Shown here: in pieces, positions 41,358 through 56,429 of the stretch | Layout: each line of letters begins with the position of its first letter | How positions within the stretch are numbered: position 1 is the stretch's first letter | Assembly: GCA_951406725.2 (NCBI GenBank) | Contig: OX597816.1 | Location: 45,322,001-45,386,000, forward strand | Reading direction: 5' to 3' | Length of the DNA stretch: 64,000 nucleotides | Source: Octopus vulgaris | Taxonomy: Eukaryota | The notes under the pieces: generated by a model | What the model was told of the DNA's origin: nothing | Database searches by the model: none | The model's input: the letters and a program-made list of their open reading frames with translations, nothing else | Program-made: the position numbers and the translations under genes

Positions 41358-42037
41358 ATACATATATATATATACATACACACACATATATATATACACA
41401 CACACACATATATATATATATAGATATATACATACATATATACATACACATATAGACTGCTGGCCTTTTGGGTCTAGCAGCCGTCATGGTAACACCAACA
41501 TTTTTTTTTCTCTGCCCCAAGGCACATTCCTAACACGCCACTTGAGCTTAATTCTTCCTAGTCAAAAGACGCCTGTTCATGATGTCCTGTTATTGTTATT
41601 AATATTATTATTATTATTGTTTTTACGTATTATTTTTGTATTCATATTTGTGTAACATCGTCCGTTTTTCTGTCCTTGTTTTGTATACATTCGAAGCTTG
41701 TATACATTCGAAGCTTGGGGCTGGCCAGATTGGAGCAATCTCAAGATTAATCAGTCAAAATTGCGAAGATGATCCAGTTCTTGACTGAAGATTGAAGGCT
41801 TCGAATGTCCCATCCGTATTTTTTGTGTCGCCATCTAAATGGTTTGCGTTCTTGTCCCAGTTTGTATTTTTTATACGTACACATATAGATATATACATAC
41901 ACATATAGATATATACATACACATGCATAAATATACATACACTTGCATATATATAGATACACACATACATATACACATATATATATACACACACACATAT
42001 ATATATACACATATAGAGACCAAAGTGTACTACGCCG

Positions 42038-42089
<52 letters not shown>

Positions 42090-42169
42090 ATATATATATG
42101 TATATATATATATATACATACATATATATATATATATTCACACACATGCACACACACACACAGAGCTTC

Positions 42170-42355
42170 AGTGCCGGTGGCACGTAAAAAGCACCCATTA
42201 CACTCATGGAGTGGTTGACGTTAGGAAGGGCATCCAGCAGTAGAAACATTGCCAGATCAGACTGGGCCTCGTGCAGCCTTCTGGCTTCCCAGACCCCAGT
42301 TGCACCGTTCAACCCATGCCAGCATGGAAAGCGGACGCTGAATGATGATGATGAT
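42170..42355 (+). mobile_element. RTE 3'UTR copy
   Basis: Standard tail ending in (GAT)n. Confidence 0.8.
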
Positions 42356-42375
42356 ATATATATATATATATATAT

Positions 42376-42710
42376 AAACAATTGCAGTGTGGGAGGTGTT
42401 TATAAGCCATTTAAGAAACACACAAAAGCCGTTCGATTCACTCCAACATTTAAGTTTAATTTGTCAAAATATTTTCGTCGCTAAAATCCGCGACCTGTTC
42501 ACTGACATAGTCCGCGCTGCATTGTCAGTGAACAGGTCGCGGATTTTAGCGACGAAAATATTTTGACAAATTAAACTTAAATGTTGGAGTGAATCGAACG
42601 GCTTTTGTGTGTTTCTTAAATGGCTTATAAACACCTCCCACGCTGCAATTGTTTTCGTTTCAGCACACGATCTCAGATCAAATTACTTGCTATGCGAGTA
42701 CATCTCCGTA
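42376..42710. mobile_element. Fold-back Penelope-like element (132-bp arms, 15-nt loop)
   Basis: 42376-42507 and 42523-42654 are reverse complements with one mismatch. A unique extension runs to 42710, with (TA)n on both sides. Confidence 0.7.
42522..42569 (+). ncRNA. Minimal type I hammerhead-like motif with G3-C8 variant core
   Basis: TTGTCA-GTGAACA-G-GTCGC-ggatttta-GCGAC-GAAAA-TA-TTT-TGACAA gives stem I, core, stem II and a palindromic stem III. A mirror copy lies on the minus strand at 42462-42507. Confidence 0.6.
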
Positions 42711-44444
<1,734 letters not shown>

Positions 44445-44501
44445 TTATGTATTGTATGTATGTTAATAAATAAATTTGAGTGTATACTCATGAACATTTA
44501 C

Positions 44502-44561
44502 CCCAGTTCGATATTTGGTCGGTTTCAGTCGAGCATAAATTCTAATAGTTTCCTTCACCAT
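44502..44561 (-). CDS. KIF6: Kinesin-9 (KIF6-like) coding exon 1: MVKETIRIYARLKPTKYRTG
   Basis: ATG at 44561-44559, 60 nt, phase-0 donor GGG|gtaaat. The peptide matches the kinesin motor N-terminal beta strand and the KIF6-type start (MVK.TI.I.AR.KP). Confidence 0.9.
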
Positions 44562-44780
44562 AATTTTTAGCAACCTGATATCCTTTCTCTCACTATTGTT
44601 TTTTCCTATTTAAACACGGTTCAAAAAGAAATTGTCAAATATTACGAAGACATGAATGCGTGTTACTTTTTTCGTGTAGTTTGTTTACAAGCTACACCGC
44701 GACCGTTACCCAGGAGTTGGGTTAACACCGGTTGAATGGGAAGTTAACTCTTGCCTGATTGTTTCAGGTTTTTACACTTA
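44562..44780 (-). promoter_or_regulatory. Probable KIF6 5'UTR and proximal promoter
   Basis: Unique, CpG-retaining sequence immediately upstream of the ATG. RFX half-site-like GTTGCTA (minus strand, about 44568-44574) and GTTACC (44705-44710). Confidence 0.45.
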
Positions 44781-45694
44781 ACTAGATTTTTCTCATTTGT
44801 GTCTTTATTGAATGATTTTTTGTTCATTTTTTATATATTTATTTAAACTCTGTTTGTTTAAGGCTATTTTTACCTTTGTTTATACACAGACGGAAAATAA
44901 AATCGCTGTATTTTGCAGAGAAAAAAATTACTTGATTATGAAGTAAATTTGAGCTGGCAGAACCGTTAGAGTGTTGGAGAATGCTTAGCAGCATTTATTT
45001 CGGTTTTACGTTCTCGGTTCAAATCTTGCTATGGTCCACCTTGTCTTTTATCCTTTCCAAGTTGATAAAATAAAGGGTAATTCTTAAATACACGCAATAT
45101 AAATGTTCACATATTAATTCACATATTACCAACTAGTAAATCTATATTTAATAACACCTTGAAATCCACACTCTCGAAAACGTATTTCTGTAAAATATTG
45201 GGGGGGGTTGGGGTGAAATTTCCGAAGGTTCCAACCCACTCCGTTTTCCGAACCCAAAAAAAGGGTTTTGCGTCATATTAGGAGGTCACCATAATTTATT
45301 CAACATTAAAAAAATTCCAATGATTCCGGGATAGGCGGGGAGGGAGTCCAGTTTCCCCCCAACACCCCCACCCCACCACCCCTTTTTTTTCCCGAACAAA
45401 AATAGGGGGTTTGAGGCACATTAGAAGGTCAGAGTGTTTGATTCCACTCAGAAAAATCTGAGTTTTTTTTTTCTTTCTTTCTTAGTGAAACTCAGGTGGA
45501 TGTACTTTCCGAAATTTACCAAATAAAGTACCAATCAAGCACTGAAATCGATACAATCGACTTGACCCCTGTCTTCAAAAATTGCTGGCCTTGTGCAAAA
45601 TAAAATTAATAGTAGAAAGAATTATCTTTGCTGGTGAGCTGGTCGAAGCTCACCAATAATGATAATTATAGCTAAGTTGGACAAAATGCTTACA

Positions 45695-46100
45695 CTCTCT
45701 TTACTCTTTTACTTGTTTCAGTCATTTGACTGCGGCCATGCTGGAGCACCGCCTTTAGTCGAGGAACTCGACCCTGGGACTTATTCTTTGTAAACCTAGT
45801 ACTTATTCTATCGGATTTCTTTTTGCCAAACCTCTAAGTTACGGGGATGTAAACACACCAGCATCGGTTGTCAAGCGATGTTGGGGGGGACAAACACAAA
45901 CACACAAACATATACACACGTGTGTACATGTATATACGACGGGCTTCTTTCAGTTTCCATCTACCTAATCCATTCAAAAGGCTTTGGTCGGCCCGAGGCT
46001 ATAGTAGAAGACACTTGCCCAAGGTGCCACACAGTGGGACTGAACCCAGAACCATGTGGTTGGTAAGCAAGCAAGCAAGTTATTTACCACACAGTCACTC
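45695..46100 (-). mobile_element. SINE family B
   Basis: Reverse complement of the family-B consensus. Confidence 0.85.
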
Positions 46101-46454
46101 CTTCATTTATTTTTATTAATTTCTTTACTGTTTATTTTTGTATGTTTGTAAAATTTTTGATAAATAATTATGCTATTTAAATGAAAAAAGTAATCCCTTC
46201 AATTCAAAGACTGTTAGAAGTTCTTATATTTATGCAGTGTGGCTTTTGAATTGCCGTCCCTCAAAGTCCCACATCTCATGGAAAAGAAAAGCAAAAAGTG
46301 CAGAAATGGGGAGCAAAAATTTTAGAATGTAAAATAAATTTCTTTTTTATTGAAATTTTTTCTGTTTTCATTTGTTTCGTATTTCCCTATGTCAGCTGCT
46401 TCATCTGTCTGTGCTCCGCTGACACTTGCAGATGTTAATATGGAAGCCCCCACT

Positions 46455-46720
46455 AGCATCAATTCTCTATTTCCCAGAAGACAAAGCTCTGCATCTACAA
46501 AGCATCAGTCCTCTGTTTTCTTCTATTGAGCAAAAATGTGGCCCCTCTCAAAGATCAGAGCAAAGAGGATCAACAGCTTCAATAGCAGAGCCTTGAGAAC
46601 CATCAAGAACATCAAATGGAACCAATATACCTCCAACAAAGAATGGCCTGTGCACACACATCAGCCCACAGTCTCCCACTTCATAGCTATTTGTTGCATG
46701 CACTGGTACGGACATGCTGT
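46455..46720 (+). mobile_element. RTE-clade LINE ORF fragment
   Basis: MWPLSKIRAKRINSFNSRALRTIKNIKW...WYGH, a post-RT motif. Confidence 0.7.
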
Positions 46721-47230
46721 GGATTTTTTTCCTTTCTAAATATAATTTATATGCCTGCCTGACTATTTCAAATGGCTTTATTCTTTAGAACTTATTAAGA
46801 CTTCAAAACTTCTTACAACTTTCATTGTCATAATGTTTTCCTTTTATTTAGTTTATTTTCCTTTTATTTAGTTTAATAAAAATTCATCATTAAAGGCAGT
46901 GCTCCAGCATGGCCGCAGTCAAATGACTGAAACAAGTAAGAGAGAGTAAGAGAGTATCATAATGTTTTTACTTTCATAGTGCATGTTCTGTTGGTGATTT
47001 TTGCTGAACTGCTAAGTTACAGGGATTAACAAACTAACACAAGCAGTGGTGGGAAACAGACACATGCACAAAGACATACACATACACAAACACATACATA
47101 CATACACCCATGCATGCATGGTTCTGGGTTCATTACCACTGCCTGGCACCTTGGGCAAGTGTCTTCTACTATAGCCTCAGGCCAACCAAAGCCTTGTGAG
47201 GTAGCTTGGTAGACAGAAACTGAAAGAAGT

Positions 47231-47268
<38 letters not shown>

Positions 47269-47276
47269 TGTATATA

Positions 47277-47341
<65 letters not shown>

Positions 47342-48417
47342 GTATATATATATGTATATATATATATATATATACATACATATATAGATATATAGATAGA
47401 CAGATAGATAGATAGATATGTTTCTTTATTAGCCATACAGGGCTGAACACAGAGGGGACAAATTACAAAGTAGAGCTTGTCTTTTGGGGGAGAAAAAAAG
47501 TGGGGGTAGGTTTTCGATCAAAAGGGATTGTAAAAAAAGAAAGAAAAAATAGATAGATAGATAGACATTTATATATGTATGTATAGATAATTATGTGTAT
47601 GTCAGGGTTTGTCCCACTGCCATTGCTTAACATCTAATGCTGGAGTGTTTATGTCCCTGTAACTTAGTGGTTTGGCAAGAGAAGCCGAAAGAATAAGTAC
47701 TAGGCTTACAATGGTTAAGTCCTGAGGTCAATTTCTTCGGCTAAAACCCTTCAAAGCAGTACTCCAGCATGGCCACAGTCAAATGACTGAAACAAGTAAA
47801 AGATTAAAAGAATATATATCTTAGACATTCTTCTATCTTATCTTCCTACATTTTAAAGATTCCTTTTTTTTGACATTGTATGTTTTATAAATTCTTCTTC
47901 TTTGTTCCACTTGTTGCATTGTTTCAGTCAGAGGGGGCTACTTGAATATCTGTCTTCTCCTTTTTCATCATTGTCATGATCTTTAAGGTTTCCAATGTTA
48001 ACCTTTTTTTTCCTTCTTTTCAGTAACTTCTGCAAAGTTCAACCTTTTAGGTCTTGCCACCGGTGAGTTATTTTCTTCACCCGACACAGGTGAAAATAAT
48101 TTTTCACTTTCTATTTTTTCACAAAAAATTTTTTTGGCTCGACGCCATAAGTAATTTTTGGGTCTATACCCCGTACAATTGGCTTAAAGCCACAGAAAAT
48201 AATAACAATGATTCCTCCCAGGGGGGAATTAAAACAAGCTTGCTTCAAAAAAGCAATAAACAGTTTTCTCAATTGACAATTTGTAAAACAATCCAACTCA
48301 CAACCACAATACAACAAATTCAACAAAACTTTCTGATATACAGCTAACAACAGGAGACTCGCACTAAGAAGAATTATTACATTACTCGAATTCCACTCAA
48401 ATAATGGAGTGAATATC

Positions 48418-48654
48418 TCTTTTTACTCTTTTACTTGTTTCAGTCATTTGACTGTGACCATGCTGGAGCACCGCCTTTTAGTCGAGCAAATCGACCCCAA
48501 GACTTATTCTTTGTAAGCCTAGTACTTATTCTATCGATCACATTTGCCGAACCACTAAGTTACAGGGACGTAAACACACCAGCATCGGTTGTCAAACGAT
48601 GTTGGGGGAACAAACACAGACACACAAACATGCACACACACATACACATACGTG

Positions 48655-48686
<32 letters not shown>

Positions 48687-48860
48687 CATATATACGACGA
48701 GCTTCTTTCAGTTTCCGTCTACCAAATCCACTCACAAGGCTTTGGTCAGACCAACGTTATAGTAGAAGATACTTGCCCAAGGTACCAAGTAGTGGGACTG
48801 AACCTTGAACCATGTGGTTGGTAAGCAAGCTACTTACCACAAAGCGACTCCTACGCCTAT
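48418..48860 (-). mobile_element. SINE family B, full length
   Basis: Reverse complement of the family-B consensus. Confidence 0.85.
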
Positions 48861-50136
48861 ATGTGAGCAATATATACTCAAAAATACATGCTGATTAAAG
48901 CAGAACTTAAAAATCCACGTGCAAAAAGTATCAAACCAGTATGTGAATCAGAAGGCTGTCAAAAATTCACTCCACAAGGAGAATGCATGAAACGAAGTAG
49001 AGTCACCAAGCTCAAGTCGATACCAACCAGAACCTAGACATAAATTAAAGCAATATAACAGGCTACAAAAAAACAGAGATGATGAGATGTTCAGGTGATC
49101 CCCTCAAGGCACAACGTAAAAGTAGGTGGGTGGATAGTAAATAACAAGTTGTCAAAAAAAAATCAAAAGCAAGGAGTGCATGGAAGTAACATCTGTACAA
49201 TTCACCTAATATTCTGTTTTAATCATTTGTTGTTGTTTAGCCCCAGGTCAAGCTGATCGAGGGAACCTATGATGAAAGGTGTTCTTGTAGTTAACATTTT
49301 GTTTTTTTATATATCAAGTACTACATTGCTCGATATATTCTTCTTATTTACAACAGTACTATATGATGTAAGGAAAATTTGACTGCTATTTTTAGCATGG
49401 CTAGTGACTGTGTAGGGATTGCCTTGTTGGCTTACAACCATTTCTTTTAATTTTGCTTGTTTCAGTCATAGGACAGAAGCTGTGCTTGGGCTCCACATTG
49501 AAGGATTCTTCTGTTCTTTTAGTTGAACAAATCAATCTCAGTACTTATTTTCAAGTCTGGCACTTATTCTGTTAGTCCCTTTTACCAAACTGCTAAGTTA
49601 CGGGGATACAAACAAACCAAAACTGGTTATCAAGTGACAGTGGTGGTGAGGCACAGACACATACACACACGTTTGTGTGTTTATGAAGGCTTCGACACAG
49701 TTTCTGTCTACCAAATTCACTCAAGAGGCTTTGGTCAGCCCAGAGCTATAGTAGATGACACCTGCCTAGGATGCTGTACAGAGGAACTGAACCCAAAATT
49801 ACATGGTTGCAAAACAAGCTTTAGCAAGCATCATACAGTGAGGAAATAGCAGGGCAAGTGAGCAAAGGCTATGATTTAGTCAAGGCCACAAAATGCTATT
49901 TATGCTCACAATACCTTTGGGAAAGGCGCAAACACAGCAACACTTCTCATTCTATAAAGCTTGCCTCCCTGCTCAGTCAAACAAAACATTCACTGAATTT
50001 AAACAACGGGAACAGAGTTTTCAAAAGTGGGAATTTAAAACAATTAATTTTATAAGTCTTGAGGTTTGCTTTCATAAAAGAAAATATAACAAACAATATC
50101 AATTATAACAAGCACATGCACAAAAACAAACACATA

Positions 50137-50209
<73 letters not shown>

Positions 50210-50286
50210 TCTTTATCACTTTTTTTATATATGTAACTATCTATTTATCTATCTATCCCTCCATTCGTCCATCCTTCCTTCCATGC

Positions 50287-50345
<59 letters not shown>

Positions 50346-52026
50346 CATCTACCCATCCTTCCATCCATGCATCTATCTATCTATCTATCCATCTTTCTCT
50401 GTCTCATTATCTTCCTTTCTCCTCTTGCCTCTCCCCGAATTTCTCAAACTTTCAAAATCAGTTTCCTTATAGCTTCAAGGGGATATCAGAAATATCTGGA
50501 AAATAATTACAATTTTCAAGATGTTATAATAATTAAATTCATATATTGTTAATGAAAAGTAAATTATTCTCATATTTACATTATTTTAAAGTGAAACAAA
50601 TACTTGCACGAAAGAAAAGAGAAATGTACTAAAAAAATATATAAATTATGTCCCCCTTATGAGTATTTTGTATAGCAGAACATTTTGCTTTGTTTAAAAA
50701 ATGCAAACGTGAATTCCCTGTTTAATCATAGGTCAACCAACAATAAATTTACATTGAATTACATTCATATTTCAAATTTAATTTTTAACAATTTAATAGA
50801 AAGTAATTAGTTCTTGAACACGTATTTAGAAACAAATGAGCTATATTGATCTTGTAGCAGGAATTATTAATAAGAGTCAGTGAAGTTACGTGGAAACGTT
50901 CAATTAAAACAAAAGGTGAAAAGACAAGGTACCATAAAAAAAGTATAAGAAATTGTGTGATAAAGTTTTGTTGATGTTGTTGTTGTCGTTGTCGTTGTTG
51001 CTGTTGTTGCTGGAGCAGCTGTTGATGTTGTTAAGGTTGATGTTGTTGATGTTTATCTCTCGATCACTCTTGATTGAGCAGACCTGTGACCAAAGGCATT
51101 TCAATTTCAATTTTATTTCAATTCTCTTCAATTCATTTATTGACATTGTCATTAAAACATCAGATGAAATGCAGTATTTATTCTGATTATTTGCATTCTG
51201 AGTTCAAACCCTGCATAGGCCAAGTTCACATCCTTTTATCCTTCCAAGCATGATAAATACAGTTCCGGTCTAAAGTAGTGGACTGATGGAACCGTTAGAG
51301 CATCGGACAGAATGCTTTGTGATATTTATTCCAGTTCTTTGTATTCTAAGTTAAAATTCCTCCATAGTCGACTTAGGTGGTAGTTTAACACCACTACTTG
51401 GTCCTTGGGTGCTTTAGTTGAGTTGCAGGCATTTGGAACAGGTCTCCTATTTGATGACAATTTCCTCCTGCTCTCCCCTAGTCTCAGCATCCCTGTAAAG
51501 AATCATGGGCACTGATTCCACAAAATTGTGATTTATAATAATATATCTACATGTTCTTACTATGTTCTATAAGATTCAAATGTGAATATCTGCTTGCTTT
51601 TGGTTTTTGCTACTGGTGAATGACTCCTCCCTTTAGCTGATGTCTGTTCACAACATATATGATTCACCAGTGAAAGGGGACTTTGAATCAATGTCAGGTT
51701 TTGGCCTCATTTTCTGTCTCATCAGTCAAAGCTACCCTGCCGGACTGATGAATCTCACAAGAACAAAGCTCTTGTTTATAGAAATCAGCAAACAAATTAT
51801 TTGTTGTGTGCTGGTACCACTTAAAAAGCATTCATTTCAGTGCTATGTGAAAGCACCCATGGCCATGCCACATAAAAGCACCCAGTACACTTTGTAAAGT
51901 GGTTAGCATTAGGATGGGGATCCAGCCATAGAAACCATGCCAAAACAGACTTGGGGCTTGGGCAGCTCTTCAGTTGGTCAGCTCCTGTCAAACTGCACAA
52001 CCCATGCTAGCATTGTAAACAGATGT

Positions 52027-52325
52027 TTGTTCCTTCTCGAGCCATTCTTGGCTCATAAGGGCTGGTTTCCCAATTTCCTTGGTGTATAGGTTCCCCACCT
52101 GGACAGGATGCGGGTCCGTCGCAGGTGAGCTGCAAGATGCAGGAGGAAAGAGTGAGAGAAAGTTGTGGCGAAAGAGTCAGCAGAAGTTCGCCATTACCTT
52201 CTGTCGGAGCTGCATGGAGCTTAGGTGTTTCGCTCATAAACACACATATCGCCCGGTCTGAGATTCAAACCCATGATCCCACGACCATGAGTCCACTGCT
52301 CTAACCACTAAACCATGTGCCTCCA
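52027..52325 (-). mobile_element. tRNA-SINE, body Y with tail P, inserted into an RTE tail
   Basis: Head and body resemble 56046-56235 and the tail resembles 53843-53920. Flanked by an imperfect tgtaaaca..tgtt duplication. Confidence 0.75.
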
Positions 52326-53210
52326 TGTAAACATGTTAAATGATGATAATGGTGATGTGTGCAGATGTCTACCAAATAGATAATAGTCTATGGGGTGCAC
52401 ACAAAAAAAAAAGTAAGAATCCAAACAATTCTTAATATGTTCTGGTACATTTGATTATGGTAATGAGATATTCATGTTCAAGCCAGCAGAGGTCAACTTT
52501 ATCTTTCATCTTTTCAGGGTTGATGAAATAAAGTACCAGTCAAGTACTGGGGTCAGTAATATTGACTGACCTGTTCCCCTTAAAAGTGCTGGCTTTGTGC
52601 CTAAATTAGAAACAATATTAGATACATAATATCCTTCTCTTCTCTTTTTCCTTGAGTCCTTGACTCTTGATGGAATCATAGGGGTGCCGTCAGGACACAC
52701 AGTGTGTCTCGGGCATTAAAACCTGACAGTTTTAATGCTTAAGACTCTCATTACTCTCTAGGTCTAATTACAACTAATTTCTCTTGGAAAGAGAGAAAGA
52801 TAGACAGAGAGATAGAAATAGAGAAACAGAAGAAGAATTGACCTCAGTAGTGGGATACTATTTCATTGATTGACCCTGAAATTATGTAAGGCATATGTTG
52901 ACCTTGGCAGAATTTGAACTCAGAGTGTGGAGACATGGAACAAATACTCTTGAGTATTTTATCCAACATGCTATTCATCCTGCCAAGTCAACCTTATATG
53001 GTATTGTGAAAACTATACAATTCAACACATCTTTCTCTATGACAGATGGGTGTGATTTGAGGGAAAATTAGCTACTATATCAAGCATGGACAACACAAGG
53101 CTGCAAATACTCTTTAATTTTGCTGAGGAAAAAGCAACCTCTATAGTGTTGATGCCACAAAAAACTGCTCACAGTACTTTCTGTCCTGTTCTATCAAACT
53201 ATCCAGTACA

Positions 53211-53610
53211 TAGGTGCGGGTGTGACTGTGTGGTGAGAAGCTTGCTTCCCAACCACATGGTTCCAGGTTCAGTCCCACTGCATGGCACCTTGGGCAAGTT
53301 TCTTCTACTATAGCCTTGGGCCAACCAAAGCCTTGTGAGTGGATTTGATAGACAGAAACAGAAAGAAGCCCATCATATATGTGTGTGTGTGTGTGTATGT
53401 ATATATTTGTGTGTCTGTGTTTGTTCCCCCAACTTCGCTTGACAATTGATGCTGGTGTATTTATGTCTCCGTAACTTAGCAGTTAGGCGAAAGACACCAA
53501 TAGAATAAGTAATAGGCTTACAAAGAATAAGTCCTGGGGTCGTTTTGCTCAACTAAGGGTGGTACTCCAACATGGCCACAGTCAAATGACAGAATCAAAT
53601 AAAAGAATAG
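53211..53610 (+). mobile_element. SINE family B
   Basis: Matches the family-B consensus. Confidence 0.85.
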
Positions 53611-53696
53611 AGCAAATGTAGACTGAGATGCAGGGGTCTCAGACACACAGACAGACAGAATTTCACTTTTATTATAATAGATTTTTTTTTTGTGGT

Positions 53697-53945
53697 GGTG
53701 CGTGGCTTAGTGGTTAGGGTGTCAGCATCACGATCATAAGATTGTGGTTTCGATTCCTGAACCAGGCGATGCGTTGTGTTCTTGAGCAAAACACTTCATT
53801 TCACGTTGCTCCAGTCCACTCAGTTGGCAAAAATGAGTGACGCTGCGATGGACTGGCGTCCTGTCCAGCTGGGGAACACATACGCCATAGAAACTGGGAA
53901 ACCGGGCCCATGAGCCTGGCTAGGCTTTAAAAGGGCACATTTACA
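53697..53945 (+). mobile_element. tRNA-SINE, body X with tail P
   Basis: A/B boxes tggcttagtgg and gtttcgattcc, body ttcttgagcaaaacac...ccagtccactcag, tail gcgatggactggcgtcctgtccag. Confidence 0.8.
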
Positions 53946-55076
53946 TTTTTTATTTTTGTAATAGATTTTATTATAATACAGTGTTTAAAGTGGTGAGCTG
54001 GCAGAATCGTAACCACACCAGGCAAAATGCTTAGCAGCATTTCATCCATCTTAACATTCTGACTTCAGATTCTGCTGAGGTGAACTTTGCCTTTTACCCT
54101 TTAAGGGTCGATCAATAAAATAAGTACCAGTCAAGTACTGAAGTCAATGTAATCAACTTGCTCCCTCCTCCAAAATTACTGACCTTGTACCAAAATTTGA
54201 AATCAATATATACTAAGTTTATATCCATCTCAGTTTATAACTAATGTTTTAAGCTTGACATATAACCAATACCAAATGATGTTAATATGTGAATATTGTT
54301 ATAAAGGAAAAATTGTTATTCTAACCGGTATCTCTGTTTAGCTTTCTACTCGGCAAATAACTATCCCCAATGATTTTATATATAATTTAGTTATCCTTGT
54401 ATTCACCGATAATATTTCTAAATTAGACAGCCAATAATATATAGAATATAATTCAATAGAATCCAGAACAAGATCATGGGAATAGCAACTACCAAGATAT
54501 CTTTTATATCAATGTCATTTTCTTATGCAAGTTAATATAAGGCAAAAATCAACTACCTAGACATAAATATCTATTATTGCATCAACTACATTTTCTTATA
54601 ATACTTAATATACTTAATCCATCCATCACCTGGTTTATAGGGATATCAACTACATCATCATCATCATCATCATCATCGTCATCATCATTGTTATCCTCAT
54701 CATCATCATCTTTATCACCACTTTTCATTCACTTTTCCATGCCAGCATGAATTGGATGGGTTTCTATCAGCAGGCAATGTTTTAGAAGTGGATCCCCTTT
54801 CTGTTGCACTCTTACAACATGCAGAGACATAGTGTATATATTCTGTTATAAATATGGGTTACACGTGGTATAGAATATCAACTGCATAGCCAAATATTTA
54901 GTATGACCAGTTCATTTCCTTATAATATCTGATGAACATAATTCAGTGCCTGGTTTACCTAGAACAAATATTTATGACATACTCTACATTTTCTCATAAT
55001 GATTGGCAGATCTACTTTGTTGCTTGGTTTAACTTGACTCATTATTTATCACAGCCACATGAAATGCTTAGCAGTA

Positions 55077-55455
55077 TTCTTTTCTACTCTAGGCACAAGG
55101 CCCAAAATTTGGGGGAAGGGGACCAGTCGATTAGATTGGCCCCAGTATGCAACTGGTACTCAATTTATTGACTCCGAAAGGATGAAAAGCAGAGTCAGCT
55201 TTGGTGGAATTTGAACTCACGAAATACCTATTTCTTTACTACCCACAAAGGGCTAAACACAGAGAGGACAAACAAGAACAGACACACAGATTAAGTCAAT
55301 TATATTAACTCCAGTGCGTAACTGGTACTTATTTAATCTACCCCAGAAGGATGAAAGGCAAAGTTGACCTCGGCAGAATTTGAACTCAGAACGTAGTGGC
55401 AGACGAAATACCGCTAAGCATTTCGCCCGGCATGCTAACATTTCTGCCAGCTCGA
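55077..55455 (-). mobile_element. SINE C dimer
   Basis: A full monomer followed by a head-less monomer. The junction gaaatacc|tatttctttactacccac is at about 55228. Confidence 0.75.
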
Positions 55456-56045
55456 CGATAAGCATTTCACATGGAATGACAACATTTCTGGTAGCTCACT
55501 GTCTTAATTAATAAAACTGTTAATACTCTAATGTATGTATTGAATTCTGTTTCTCTCATTTATAAAGCCACAGTTATTATTGGTTAGTATTACATACTAA
55601 ATCGAAGGCAGTGAGCTGGTAGAATTGTTAACACACCAGGTAGAAAGCTGAGTGGCATTTCATTCATCTTTACATTCTGAGTTCAAATTCTGATCAGGTC
55701 AACTTTGCCATTTGTCCTTTTGTGTGGGATGATCATTAAAATAAGTATCTGCTGAACTCTAGTGTCAATATAATCAACTTATTACCTCCCCTGAAATTGC
55801 TGGCCTTGTGCCAAAATTTTTAACCAGTATTATGTATTAAATTACTATTTGTACATAGCCTAGTAGTTAAAATATCGAGCTTACAATCACAGGGTTCTGG
55901 ATTTGGTCCTGGGCTGGGCAGTACATTTTGACCCTAAGCAAGGCATAGCAATGGTCATGAAGAAAGACTTTTCTTCCTCTGACTAAACCTTAAAAATGAT
56001 ATTACAGCATATTGTAATAAATAACATGTGTATACATCTGTTCTT

Positions 56046-56429
56046 GTGGAGGTGCAATGGCCCAGTGGTTAGGGCAGCGGACTCGCGGTCGTAGGATCGC
56101 GGTTTCGATTCCCAGACCGGGCGTTGTGAGTGTTTATTGAGCGAAAACACCTAAAGCTCCACGAGGCTCCGGCAGGGATGGTGGTGATCCCTGCTGTACT
56201 CTTTCACCACAACTTTCTCTCACTCTTACTTCCTGTTTCTGTTGTACCTGTATTTCAAAGGGCCAGCCTTGTCACTCTCTGTGTCACGCTGAATATCCCC
56301 GAGAACTGCGTTAAGGGTATACATGTCTGTGGAGTGCTCAGCCACTTACACGTTAATTTCACGAGCAGGCTGTTCCGTTGATCGGATCAACCGGAACCCT
56401 CGTCGTCGTAACCGACAGAGTGCTTCCAC
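56046..56429 (+). mobile_element. Young tRNA-SINE, body Y with tail Q, 12-bp target-site duplication
   Basis: acatctgttctt at 56034-56045 and 56430-56441, intact A/B boxes, CpG-rich. Confidence 0.9.

Noticed and set aside
41770-41812. CTGAAGA...CTTCGAATGTC hammerhead-like words
   Set aside because: GAAA is broken and no stem I partner is found. At best this is a decayed remnant.
45195-45435. G/C runs upstream of KIF6 (G-quadruplex candidates)
   Set aside because: They lie in an internally duplicated, repeat-like segment, and there is no evidence of function.
56048-56125. tRNA-like sequence
   Set aside because: It has A/B boxes but no acceptor-stem closure, and it continues into a SINE body with a TSD. 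The same holds for other SINE heads, so no true tRNA gene is called.
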